Below are positions 8,923 through 17,886 of a DNA stretch of 27,017 nucleotides, one piece after another. The stretch spans positions 1-27,017 of the forward strand of contig CBDUYR010000037.1 in the NCBI GenBank assembly GCA_965371515.1, read 5' to 3'. This DNA comes from an uncultured bacterium. GTDB taxonomy: Bacteria; Krumholzibacteriota; Krumholzibacteriia; Krumholzibacteriales; Krumholzibacteriaceae. Each line of letters begins with the position of its first letter. The first letter of the stretch is position 1. The translations under genes and the position numbers were made by a program. The notes beneath the pieces are model-generated. The model did no database searches. It saw nothing but the letters and a program-made list of their open reading frames with translations, and had not been told where the DNA came from.

Positions 8923-9240
8923 AAGCATCTGGCCTGCATGGAGTTTGCTCATGCGAATATACAGGAAGGGTTCACACAAGTCCAGATGCAATGCGTGCCG
9001 ATATCCGGTAATCCGAAAAATTTGTTAAATGAGTAAATTGGTTATTGAAAAACCAGCACAATTATTGCATCATTCACCTGGCAAACGTAATTGTTCGTTT
9101 TTTATTTAGTATAAAGTTAGTAATTTGCACTTTAATTGATTGATTTCCGGCCGCGATATGGCGGATATGAAGCGGGCGGATACGCAATCGGTTGTCATTA
9201 GATGAATTCCAGTAAATAAAGGGAACGGGGGGAAGATTTT

Positions 9241-9801
9241 ATGGAGACCAGAAACGAGATCGGTTCCCGTATCAAGCAGTTCCGTCTGGCCAAAAGCCTG
9301 ACGCTCAAGGACATAGAGCTCAGAGCAAAGGTCTCGGCCACTCATGTCTCGGAGATCGAAAGGGGTATGACGTCGCCGACTGTCGGCGCGCTGGCCAAGA
9401 TCGCCAGGGCGATGGGGACGAACGTGGCCTACTTCGTCGAGAAGAGGAACATCTCGAACATCTCCGTCGTCCGGAAGAACGAGCGCAGGACGATGCAGTT
9501 CAAGGACTGGGGAGCGACCTACTTCTCATTGACCAAGGACCTTCCGCATCCGATGATCTCGTTCCTCGAGGTCGAGCTCGAGCCCGGTATCGCCAGACCG
9601 GAAGAGACGAGCACTCATGGGGGCGAGGAGTTCGCACTCGTGACCAAGGGAGTAATGGAGATCATCATCGGCGAGGACAAGTACATTCTCAAGGAAGGCG
9701 ACAGTATCCATTACAAGGCGAACAAACCACATGCCATGAGAAACATCGGCGATGCCAGATGTCGCGCCATCTGGGTGACGCTGCCGCCGTTCAGTCTGTA
9801 A
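9241..9801 (+). CDS. XRE-family HTH transcriptional regulator with C-terminal cupin domain
   Basis: IGSRIKQFR..SLTLKD..VSATHVSEIERGMTSPT; cupin HGGEEF...GDSIHY...PH. Confidence 0.92.
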   Translation: METRNEIGSRIKQFRLAKSLTLKDIELRAKVSATHVSEIERGMTSPTVGALAKIARAMGTNVAYFVEKRNISNISVVRKNERRTMQFKDWGATYFSLTKDLPHPMISFLEVELEPGIARPEETSTHGGEEFALVTKGVMEIIIGEDKYILKEGDSIHYKANKPHAMRNIGDARCRAIWVTLPPFSL

Positions 9802-9824
9802 CCGGGAGTGGGGCTGGAGAAAAT

Positions 9825-10394
9825 ATGGACATGATCACCAAGGAAGAGATTGGTAGAAGGATAAAGAAGATCAGGGAGCAGCAGCACCTCACGCTCAAAA
9901 ACGTCGAGGCAAAGGCCGGAATATCGGCCACGCACATCTCTGAGATAGAGAGGGGCAAGACCTCTCCGACGATCGGTGCCCTCATCCGTATCGCCGGCGC
10001 CCTGGGAAAGGATCCGGCGTACTTTATCGAAGACCAGGAACTCAACGATGTTTCCTTCATCGCCCTCGAGGACCGCGAGAAGAAGAAGCTCGAGAGGGCT
10101 ACGGGCGAGATCGAGGTGCTTACGAACTCCATTCCGAGCGGTAAGATCAATTCACAGCTGATAACGCTGGTCCCCGGTTCGGTGGGCGAGATACGGATGC
10201 ATAGCCATGACGCCGACGAGGCCGTCCTCGTACTTTCGGGCGAGGTCAGCTTCAGAGTGGAGGACAAAGAGTATACTCTCAATGAGGGCGACAGCATCTA
10301 CTACGTAGCGAGCCAGGAGCACGGCTACACGAACGCTTCTGAGAGCGAGGAAGCGAAGATGATCTGGTTCGCCTCCGAGCGCGGGGTCGACTAG
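9825..10394 (+). CDS. XRE-family HTH regulator with cupin domain (tandem paralog)
   Basis: IGRRIKKIR..LTLKN..ISATHISEIERGKTSPT; cupin HSHDADE...GDSIYY...H. GGAG before ATG9825 (ATG9831 is an alternative). Confidence 0.92.
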   Translation: MDMITKEEIGRRIKKIREQQHLTLKNVEAKAGISATHISEIERGKTSPTIGALIRIAGALGKDPAYFIEDQELNDVSFIALEDREKKKLERATGEIEVLTNSIPSGKINSQLITLVPGSVGEIRMHSHDADEAVLVLSGEVSFRVEDKEYTLNEGDSIYYVASQEHGYTNASESEEAKMIWFASERGVD

Positions 10395-10458
10395 GCGGCC
10401 AGGAATCATACGTATAGAGGAACAAATCCAAGCCAAAATCAGTCTAACGGCAATTGTT

Positions 10459-10490
10459 ACCGCCGGTTTCTCCGAAATCGGCGGTTTTCT
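10459..10490 (+). terminator. Rho-independent terminator after the XRE pair
   Basis: ACCGCCGGTTTC-TCC-GAAATCGGCGGT stem (one G-U pair) followed by TTTCT. Confidence 0.7.
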
Positions 10491-10505
10491 ATCACCCGAT
10501 TTTCG

Positions 10506-10535
10506 TTGACAGTTCTTTTTCCCCGAAACTATAGT
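10506..10535 (+). promoter_or_regulatory. Sigma70-type promoter for the DUF1844/OmpA genes
   Basis: TTGACA-18 nt-TATAGT, about 25 nt upstream of TTG10561, which has a GGAGG RBS. Confidence 0.7.
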
Positions 10536-10560
10536 CAGAACTCGGAAGGAGGGATCATAA

Positions 10561-10950
10561 TTGGATAACGGCAACAATAACACCGACAAAGCTCACGGGA
10601 CCTTTCTATTTCAGCACCTCGTCGTGATGTTTCAGACCCTCGCGCTTCAACAGATGGGAAAACTCACCAATCCCCTAACGGGTAAAGTGGAAAGAGATTT
10701 GCATCAGGCGAAGATTACAGTCGATATGCTGGGCATGATCCAGAAGAAGACCGAAGGAAATCTTGACGAAAACGAGGAGAGGATCCTCGATACGGTCATG
10801 CTGGAACTCCAGATGAATTACGTCGACGAAACCGCCAGGGCGGAAAAGGAGGAAGAGGAAGGCGGAACGGCGGACGAGGAGAAAGAAAACGAAGTCGAAG
10901 AGGATTCCGACGCGGGCGAAGAAGAGGAAAAGCCAACTGGCAATGCCTGA
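10561..10950 (+). CDS. DUF1844 family protein with acidic tail
   Basis: F..LV......ALQQMGK..NP..G...DLHQAK..VDMLGMIQKKTEGNL..E..IL...LQMNYV; E-rich C-terminus. Confidence 0.85.
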   Translation: MDNGNNNTDKAHGTFLFQHLVVMFQTLALQQMGKLTNPLTGKVERDLHQAKITVDMLGMIQKKTEGNLDENEERILDTVMLELQMNYVDETARAEKEEEEGGTADEEKENEVEEDSDAGEEEEKPTGNA

Positions 10951-10989
10951 CCTGCGGTGGGACCCGTCTATGAGCCGAGGAGGTAAAGG

Positions 10990-12876
10990 ATGAGGACGAA
11001 TGCGCGAATAGTCGTTGCATCCGTGATTCTCACAATGCTTTTGTCAACAGGTGCCGCAGCCCAGGTTTCATGGGACGGCACAGCCGGTATGCTCAGGGTA
11101 TACGACGCGGGCACGGTCGGAAAAGGAAAACTGGTCTTCACGCTTGGTACGTCCTACATGAGATGGCCCGACGAGGTGCTGCTGGATTTCCAGGGCAGCT
11201 TCTACAGCAGGGCCGGCGGCGAGGATCCAAAGACTGTCACCTGTAATTTCTTCACATCCCGAGCGGGGCTGACTCTCGGACTCAGCGATTATGTCGAGAT
11301 AGCGGCCAACCTCGATATCCGCAACTGGATAATGCAGGTGCCTGAGGAATTCGCGACAGATGATTTTGAGACAACCTACCGTGGCGGGCTCGGAGACACA
11401 TGGCTGCTGCTCAAGCTTTCTCCGCCGATTCCGACGAAGTACTTCAAATTCGGAATTCTCGGTACGGCGAGTTTTCCCACGGGCAATAAGGAGAGAAGGT
11501 TCACGACAGATTCGATCGACTTCCGGATAGACGGTCTCTTTACCTTCGACCTGACCCATACCGATGCTTTTGTTCCCACTAAACTGCACTTCAACGTCGG
11601 ATACGTTTTCAACAGGAACGAAGAATTCGGTTATGGCATCACTAACACGAGCAACCCGAACCTCAGCGGGTTTTACCTTCCGGCTTATCCATCGACGCCG
11701 GACGGGGAGAGCGACAGTTACAACGACTTGTTCAAGTTTGGAACTGGTATCGAGTTCCTGCTCGAGCACACAAAACTTTTCGTCGAGTTCAGGTGGGACC
11801 AGTTCCCCAATTACACGGGCTCGCCTGATTCCTTCTTCATCCAGAACTCGAACAAAAATATGTATACGCTCACGCCGGGTCTATCGATCGAATCGAAGAA
11901 CGGCGTAGGCCTGCTCCTCGGACTGGATATCAATCTCAACACGCAGGACACTCAGTCGATTATGAATCCGCCCGACTGGATGGCATATTTCGCGCTGACG
12001 TTCGGCGGTTTCGTGATGCCGCAGGACGCTGACAAGGACGGCATCGAGGACAAGGTCGACAAGTGCCCCGACAGCCCCGAGGATTTCGACGGGTACGAGG
12101 ATGAGGACGGATGCCCCGAGCTCGATAACGACGGCGACGGCATCTCAGACGATGAGGACCAGTGCCCCGACCTGGCAGAGGACTTCGACGGGTACCAGGA
12201 CGAGGACGGATGCCCTGACCTCGATAACGATGGCGACGGCATCTCCGACGTGGATGACAGATGTCCCAACGAGCCCGAGGACTTCGATGGGTTCGAGGAC
12301 AGCGATGGCTGCCCCGACATCCTCCAGGATTCGGATGAGGACGGCGTACCTGACGACACCGACAAGTGTCCTAATAACCCCGAAGATATCGACGGGTTCC
12401 AGGACGAGGACGGATGCCCCGATCTCGATAACGACCTCGACGGGATCCTGGACATCGAGGACCAGTGCCCGGACGCGCCCGAGACGTTCAACGGGTACAT
12501 GGACGAAGACGGGTGCCCCGACGAGAGGCCTATCGAACAGAAGTTCATAATCCGAGGAATCAACTTCGAGAGCGGCTCGGCGGCACTGACGCCCGACAGC
12601 TACGCGGTACTCGATCAGGTCGTCAAATCGTTGATGGCCTATCCCGAGGTGAAGGTCGAGATCCGCGGCTACACCGACAGCGTAGGCGGCTGGGAGTTGA
12701 ATCAGACCCTCTCGCAGCGCAGGGCCAATTCGGTCAAGAAATATCTCGTCAACTCGGGTATCCAGGGCGAAAGGCTTCTGGCGAAGGGTTATGGCGAGGC
12801 CGATCCTATTGCCTCGAACAAGTCTGCTGGTGGCAGGGCGGAGAACAGGAGGATCGAGTTCCACCGCTTGAACTGA
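10990..12876 (+). CDS. OmpA-family protein: signal peptide, probable beta-barrel, TSP3 repeats, OmpA-like C-terminal domain
   Basis: INFESGSA.L, GYTDSVG...NQTLSQRRANSV, GYGEADP, NRRIEF; five DxDxDG..D..D.CP repeats; GGAGGT RBS. Confidence 0.92.
   Translation: MRTNARIVVASVILTMLLSTGAAAQVSWDGTAGMLRVYDAGTVGKGKLVFTLGTSYMRWPDEVLLDFQGSFYSRAGGEDPKTVTCNFFTSRAGLTLGLSDYVEIAANLDIRNWIMQVPEEFATDDFETTYRGGLGDTWLLLKLSPPIPTKYFKFGILGTASFPTGNKERRFTTDSIDFRIDGLFTFDLTHTDAFVPTKLHFNVGYVFNRNEEFGYGITNTSNPNLSGFYLPAYPSTPDGESDSYNDLFKFGTGIEFLLEHTKLFVEFRWDQFPNYTGSPDSFFIQNSNKNMYTLTPGLSIESKNGVGLLLGLDINLNTQDTQSIMNPPDWMAYFALTFGGFVMPQDADKDGIEDKVDKCPDSPEDFDGYEDEDGCPELDNDGDGISDDEDQCPDLAEDFDGYQDEDGCPDLDNDGDGISDVDDRCPNEPEDFDGFEDSDGCPDILQDSDEDGVPDDTDKCPNNPEDIDGFQDEDGCPDLDNDLDGILDIEDQCPDAPETFNGYMDEDGCPDERPIEQKFIIRGINFESGSAALTPDSYAVLDQVVKSLMAYPEVKVEIRGYTDSVGGWELNQTLSQRRANSVKKYLVNSGIQGERLLAKGYGEADPIASNKSAGGRAENRRIEFHRLN
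12025..12525 (+). repeat. Five in-frame ~99-bp thrombospondin type-3 repeats
   Basis: 33-aa units DxDxDGxxDxxDxCPxxxEDxDGxxDxDGCPxx (one unit is 35 aa). Confidence 0.9.
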
Positions 12877-12891
12877 CAGGGCAGTTAACGG

Positions 12892-12938
12892 AAAAGAACA
12901 AAGGTCCGCGGGGCTTTGGCTCCGCGGACCTTTTCTTT
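12892..12938. terminator. Bidirectional intrinsic terminator between convergent ompA-like and mazG genes
   Basis: AAAGGTCCGCGGGGC-TTTG-GCTCCGCGGACCTTT with an A-rich left flank and T-rich right flank. Confidence 0.85.
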
Positions 12939-12957
12939 CAGTATGATCGGAATCCCT

Positions 12958-13764
12958 TTATTCAGATTCCTTGCTTTCCTGCCAGAGCGCTTCCATCTCG
13001 TCGAGACTCATCGATCCGAGATCCACGCCCCTTGTTGCGGCCTTCGATTCCATTCTGCCGAAACGTATCCTGAACTTGTCCGACGTCATCTCAAGAGAGC
13101 TCTCGCAGTCGACGTTGAGCGACCTGGCGAGGTTCACCACGGTGAAGAGGATGTCTCCGACCTCCTCTCGCACGTGCATCCGGTCGCCGCTATCAACGGC
13201 GTGATGCAGTTCCTCGATCTCCTCGTGCATCTTGTCTATGACGCCTTTGTATCCGGACCAGTCAAACCCGGCGCCGGCCGCTTTCTTCTGAAGAGCGAAA
13301 GCCCTGCGCAGCGGAGGCAGGTTCGTCGGAACGGATGACAGCAGACCTCCGTCCTCCGCATCGCCCTTTTCAGTCCTCTTGATCCTCTCCCATTCGGCAA
13401 GGCTCTCGGTCTCGTTGCCGGCGCTCGTGTCCCCGAAGACGTGCGGGTGGCGCCTGACGATTTTCTCGTGGGCCCGGGCGGTAATTTCCGACAGCCGGGT
13501 ATTCCTTCTCTCCAGCATCAGCTCGTGTATGAAAACGATGAGGAAGATGATGTCTCCGAGCTCCTCCTCGAGATGGTCGGCATCACCGGATTTCTCCGCG
13601 TGCAGCAGCTCGTACGCTTCGTCTATGAGGAATGAGATCATCTCGTCGAGTGTCCGCTCCCTGTCCCAGGGGCAGCCTCCGGGGTTCCTGAGAGTACGTA
13701 GCGTTTCCCTCAGTGAGGCTATCTCGGCGGATAGAGAGTCATCTTTGATGTTTTCATCTTTCAT
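12958..13764 (-). CDS. mazG: Nucleoside triphosphate pyrophosphohydrolase MazG
   Basis: LRNPGGCPWDRE, EEELGD, KIVRRHPHVFG, WERIK, GFDW, EEVGDILF, KFRIRF, MEALWQESK (two MazG domains). Start at ATG13764 is probable. Confidence 0.95.
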   Translation of the reverse strand: MKDENIKDDSLSAEIASLRETLRTLRNPGGCPWDRERTLDEMISFLIDEAYELLHAEKSGDADHLEEELGDIIFLIVFIHELMLERRNTRLSEITARAHEKIVRRHPHVFGDTSAGNETESLAEWERIKRTEKGDAEDGGLLSSVPTNLPPLRRAFALQKKAAGAGFDWSGYKGVIDKMHEEIEELHHAVDSGDRMHVREEVGDILFTVVNLARSLNVDCESSLEMTSDKFRIRFGRMESKAATRGVDLGSMSLDEMEALWQESKESE

Positions 13765-13786
13765 AGCGGTACAATCATATCTGATA

Positions 13787-13833
13787 TTGAACATTAGCGC
13801 AATTCCTGATAAAGTAAGAGATTACTTTATCAG
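13787..13833. promoter_or_regulatory. Candidate uvrA promoter overlapping a perfect 28-bp palindrome
   Basis: TTGAAC(13787)-17 nt-TAAAGT(13810) with an upstream TG; palindrome CTGATAAAGTAA-GAGA-TTACTTTATCAG at 13806-13833. Confidence 0.6.
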
Positions 13834-13856
13834 AACGATAATGGAGGCGGACCCGG

Positions 13857-16646
13857 ATGCACAAACTCATCATACGAGGCGCAAGAGAACACAACCTTGA
13901 TAACATCGACGTCGAGCTCCCGCACAGGAAGATAATCGCAGTCACGGGAGTCTCAGGTTCGGGAAAATCCTCGCTCGCCTTCGACACGATATACGCCGAG
14001 GGCCAGAGAAGGTATATCGAATCGCTCTCCACGTACGCCAGGCAGTTCATCGAGAAGCTTGACAGGCCGGACCTCGATACGATCGAGGGGATCAGCCCTA
14101 CAATCGCGATCAGGCAGAAGAACACCGTCACGAGCGCGAGGTCGACCGTTGGCACGGCCACGGAGATATACGACTACCTGCGGTTGCTCTACGCAAGGGC
14201 GGGGAGGATCCACTGTCCTGACTGCGGCGTCGAGGTCAGGTCGTGGACCCCGACGGATGTGGCGAAAGAGACTCTCCGGCTCTTCGAGGGCAGACGAATA
14301 TATATAATTATACCTGGAGAAGGCATCGGTGCTGACGACTGGGAAGCGAGGAAGAGCTATCTGCTTGCCCGCGGGTATACGAGGGTGTTTGCCGGCGGTG
14401 AGACTGCGATGGTGGATGGATTCGACCCGGAAGGATCGGACGCCGCGGAGATCGACATACTGATAGACAGGGTGAAGGCGTCGGGATCGTCCCGCACAAG
14501 GGTGGCCGAGGCTGTCGAGACGGCATACAGCGAGCACGAGGGGATAGTCGACATACTGGAGCTGGAGAGCGGTGAGAGGATCCGCTACAGCCTGGCGCCG
14601 TCGTGCGGGAGCTGCGGACGCGTATTTGCCCAGCCGACTCCTGTTCTCTTTTCTTTCAACAGTCCGTACGGTGCCTGTCCCGAATGCAAGGGATTCGGCG
14701 ACAGGATGGAGTTCGCCGAGGAGATGATCATCCCTGACGGCGGAAAAACATTGAAGGGCAGAGCGATCGATCCCTGGGCGAGGGAGAGGTTCGAGTATTT
14801 CCACACGCGGATGCTCAAGTTCTGCAGAAGAAAGAAGATCCCTGTCGACCTTCCCTGGAAGGATCTCCCCGAAGAGACGAAACGATTTATTCTCGAGGGC
14901 GAGGGCGAGGATGAATACGGGGGAGTGATTCCCTTCCTCGAGAGGATGAAGGAGAAGAGCTACAAGAAAGGCCACAGATTCTTCACGCGCAGGTACATGG
15001 GATACACGACGTGCCGTTCCTGCCAGGGCTCGCGCCTCAGGGAGGAGGCGCGCTTCGTCCTCGTGGGCGGGCGCTCGATCAGCGACCTCGTGGCAATGGT
15101 CCCTGAGAAGATACTCGCGGCCCTGGGGAAGACCGTGTTCTCGAAAAGGGAGAAGACGATAGCGAAGGATATCCTCTCCGAGCTCGGATCCAGGCTCGGA
15201 TTTCTCATCGACGTCGGGCTCTCGTACCTCACCCTGGACCGGCTCACCCGCACTCTGTCGGGAGGAGAGGCTCAACGGATAAACCTGGCCAACTCTCTCG
15301 GGGCGAACCTCGTTGATACTCTCTATGTCCTCGACGAACCGTCGGTGGGGCTTCATGCGGCCGACAATATCAGGCTGATTGAGGTAATGGAACGACTCAG
15401 GGACATCGGCAACACCGTCATAGTTGTCGAACACGATCCCGAGATCATCATGTCTGCCGATCATCTCCTCGACCTTGGTCCTGGACCGGGGAGGGACGGA
15501 GGTCATGTTCTTTACAATGGAACGATCGCGGATGCAGTTTCGGCGCCCTCCATGACGCCGGAGGGAGAGTCGGCCACATTAAAATGGGTCTTCGGCAACG
15601 AAGGGCGTGTCTCGCTTAAGAATAAGCCCCGGGAAGTGACCGGAACCGTCACCCTCGCGGGAGTCTCGGAACACAACATGAAGAAGGCCGACGTGATTTT
15701 CCCGCTCGGTAATCTCGTATGTGTCACAGGAGTGTCGGGCTCGGGGAAGAGCACTCTGGTCGTCGACGTTCTTTACAGACTTCTTGGAAAGAGAGCTCCA
15801 GCACCGGGACACCTTGGTGTCTCGGGATGGAAGCTCGACGGAAAGCTTGACAGAGTCCTTCTTATAGACCAGTCGCCGATAGGGGCGACTCCCAGATCGA
15901 ATCCAGTCACCTACATAAAGGGATTCTCGTTTATCAGGGAACTGTTCGCCATGCAGCGGAAATCCCTTGTCAGGGGATACAAACCGGGAAGGTTCAGCTT
16001 CAACAAGGCGGGAGGCAGGTGCCCGAGGTGCGACGGCATGGGATACAGGCGGGTCGAGATGCACTTCATGGCAGACGTCTTCGTACCGTGCGACGAGTGC
16101 GAGGGAAGGAGATACAACCGCGAGACCCTCGAGGTTGAGTACAGGGGGAAGTCGATCTCCGACGTGCTCGAGATGACGGTTGATGAGGCGATCCTCTTCT
16201 TCGACGAGGTGCCGCAACTCGGCGAGAAACTCTGGGTTCTCTCGAAGACGGGCCTTGGATACCTTCGCCTGGGGCAGCCTTCGAACACGCTGTCCGGCGG
16301 AGAGGCGCAGAGGATAAAGATCGCCCGCGAATTCGCCGAATCAGGCGGTCAAAGCAACCTCTACATCATGGACGAGCCGACCACCGGCCTGCACGTCAGC
16401 GATGTCGACAGGCTGCTCTCCGTCCTCGATGACCTCGTAGACGCGGGACATTCGGTCATTACGATCGAGCACAACATGGACGTTATAGCGAGGGCCGATC
16501 ACGTTATCGATCTGGGCCCCGGTGGTGGTGACGATGGGGGGCGAGTTATCGCTTGTGGCGATCCCCGAGCGATCGTAAGATCGAAAACGTCCGTAACGGG
16601 CAGATTTCTGGGAGAATACCTTTCGAAGTACGGACGGGAGGCATAG
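13857..16646 (+). CDS. uvrA: Excinuclease ABC subunit A
   Basis: GAREHNL, two Walker A motifs (GVSGSGKS), two LSGGEAQR signatures, three CxxC..CxxC zinc modules; GGAGG RBS. Confidence 0.97.
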   Translation: MHKLIIRGAREHNLDNIDVELPHRKIIAVTGVSGSGKSSLAFDTIYAEGQRRYIESLSTYARQFIEKLDRPDLDTIEGISPTIAIRQKNTVTSARSTVGTATEIYDYLRLLYARAGRIHCPDCGVEVRSWTPTDVAKETLRLFEGRRIYIIIPGEGIGADDWEARKSYLLARGYTRVFAGGETAMVDGFDPEGSDAAEIDILIDRVKASGSSRTRVAEAVETAYSEHEGIVDILELESGERIRYSLAPSCGSCGRVFAQPTPVLFSFNSPYGACPECKGFGDRMEFAEEMIIPDGGKTLKGRAIDPWARERFEYFHTRMLKFCRRKKIPVDLPWKDLPEETKRFILEGEGEDEYGGVIPFLERMKEKSYKKGHRFFTRRYMGYTTCRSCQGSRLREEARFVLVGGRSISDLVAMVPEKILAALGKTVFSKREKTIAKDILSELGSRLGFLIDVGLSYLTLDRLTRTLSGGEAQRINLANSLGANLVDTLYVLDEPSVGLHAADNIRLIEVMERLRDIGNTVIVVEHDPEIIMSADHLLDLGPGPGRDGGHVLYNGTIADAVSAPSMTPEGESATLKWVFGNEGRVSLKNKPREVTGTVTLAGVSEHNMKKADVIFPLGNLVCVTGVSGSGKSTLVVDVLYRLLGKRAPAPGHLGVSGWKLDGKLDRVLLIDQSPIGATPRSNPVTYIKGFSFIRELFAMQRKSLVRGYKPGRFSFNKAGGRCPRCDGMGYRRVEMHFMADVFVPCDECEGRRYNRETLEVEYRGKSISDVLEMTVDEAILFFDEVPQLGEKLWVLSKTGLGYLRLGQPSNTLSGGEAQRIKIAREFAESGGQSNLYIMDEPTTGLHVSDVDRLLSVLDDLVDAGHSVITIEHNMDVIARADHVIDLGPGGGDDGGRVIACGDPRAIVRSKTSVTGRFLGEYLSKYGREA

Positions 16647-17630
16647 ATGAAGATCCTCGTCACAGGCGGAGCGGGATATATCGGCAGTGTCGTAACGGAG
16701 TTTCTTATCGACTCCGGTCACGAGGTCGTCATAATTGACAACCTGTCGACTGGTCACAGGGGAGCGCTCAATCCCGGAGCGGCTTTCCACGAGGGTGACC
16801 TGCTCGACACCGGTTTAGTGGAGAAGGTACTCTCAGATGACGTCGAGGCGGTATGCCATTTTGCCGCCTTCTCGCAGGTGGGTGAATCTGTCGCCGATCC
16901 CCTGAAATACTATACGAACAATGTCTCAGGAGCGATCTCTCTTCTCAGCGCGATGAAAAAGGCCGGCACGAAGCATTTCCTCTTCTCCTCGACTGCGGCT
17001 GTCTACGGCGAGCCGGAGGATGTGCCTATCACCGAGGACTCGGCGCTGATGCCGGTGAATGCCTATGGGAACACGAAGCTTGCGATAGAGAGGATGCTCG
17101 ACGACTGCTCGAAAGCATGGGATTTGAAGGCACTGGCGCTGAGATATTTCAACGCGGCCGGCGCGTCGAAGGATCACGGCGAGGATCACCGGCCCGAGAC
17201 CCACCTGATACCTCTGCTGCTCGACGCCGCGATGGGCAGGAGGGGCGAGCTGATTGTCTACGGCGACGATTATCCGACGAGGGACGGGACATGCATACGC
17301 GACTACATTCATGTTAAAGACCTGGCGACCGCCCATGTACTCGGTCTCGAGAAACTCGTCGAGGGATACTCCGGAGTCCTGAACCTGGGGAACGGGACGG
17401 GATTCTCCGTCCTCGAGGTGATCGAGGCCGCTGCGTCGGTCACCGGGCTCGAGGTTCCGCACAGGATTGGCGACCGCAGGCCGGGTGACCCGGCCACACT
17501 CGTCGCTTCATCGGCGAGGGCCGAGGACGTGCTCGGATGGAAGAGGGAATACCCCGATGTCGAGCGTATCATCGCCGGCGCCTACGAGTGGAGAAAGTCG
17601 TTTCCAGAGGGATATCCGGACATTCCCTAA
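16647..17630 (+). CDS. galE: UDP-glucose 4-epimerase
   Basis: GGAGYIGS, FSSTAAVYG, YGNTK, LRYFNAAGA, GEDHRPETHLIP, DGTCIRDYIHV, RRPGDP. Confidence 0.96.
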   Translation: MKILVTGGAGYIGSVVTEFLIDSGHEVVIIDNLSTGHRGALNPGAAFHEGDLLDTGLVEKVLSDDVEAVCHFAAFSQVGESVADPLKYYTNNVSGAISLLSAMKKAGTKHFLFSSTAAVYGEPEDVPITEDSALMPVNAYGNTKLAIERMLDDCSKAWDLKALALRYFNAAGASKDHGEDHRPETHLIPLLLDAAMGRRGELIVYGDDYPTRDGTCIRDYIHVKDLATAHVLGLEKLVEGYSGVLNLGNGTGFSVLEVIEAAASVTGLEVPHRIGDRRPGDPATLVASSARAEDVLGWKREYPDVERIIAGAYEWRKSFPEGYPDIP

Positions 17631-17830
17631 CCAGTTGAAAAGATTACGGCTTATGGCTGGAATTTTACCATAGTCCCCGCTGCGTGGCTTTCCGGCCTGG
17701 AAAGCGCCCGGGTCTCCCTCTAGTGATGGTTGAGCCCCCAACGCATTAACTGCGTAATCCATAACAACTTAAAATCAATGCCTCAAGGTATTTCCAGGCT
17801 CTTTGATAGGGAGCCCGCGTCAGATGCCCG

Positions 17831-17845
17831 TGGCATATCAATTGC
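17831..17845 (+). promoter_or_regulatory. Sigma54 (-24/-12) promoter
   Basis: TGGCATATCAATTGC: exact GG-N10-GC spacing matching TGGCAC-N5-TTGC, about 40 nt upstream of ATG17887. Confidence 0.7.
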
Positions 17846-17886
17846 CCTCTGGATAGGTGAGACAGTGTGTTTTCTGAGAGGGAGAT

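Noticed and set aside
8985..9070. Sigma54-like motifs in the waaF/XRE intergenic region
   Set aside because: One has GG-N8-GC spacing (minus strand); the other has AG instead of the invariant GG.
9010..9150. Replication origin suggested by AT richness
   Set aside because: No TTATCCACA-type DnaA boxes or oriC-linked genes were seen.
12025..12525. Periodic ~99-bp repeats as a CRISPR array or DGR repeat
   Set aside because: In-frame protein repeats varying at synonymous positions; no spacers, cas genes or reverse transcriptase.
13953..15506. 517-aa antisense ORF within uvrA, and similar antisense ORFs elsewhere
   Set aside because: Antisense shadows of well-supported genes; no independent coding evidence.
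17670..17710. Minus-strand CCAGGCCGGAAAGCCACGCAGC resembling the SRP RNA domain IV
   Set aside because: The stem around GGAA and the GAAGCAGC internal loop do not pair as required, and no long flanking helix is present.
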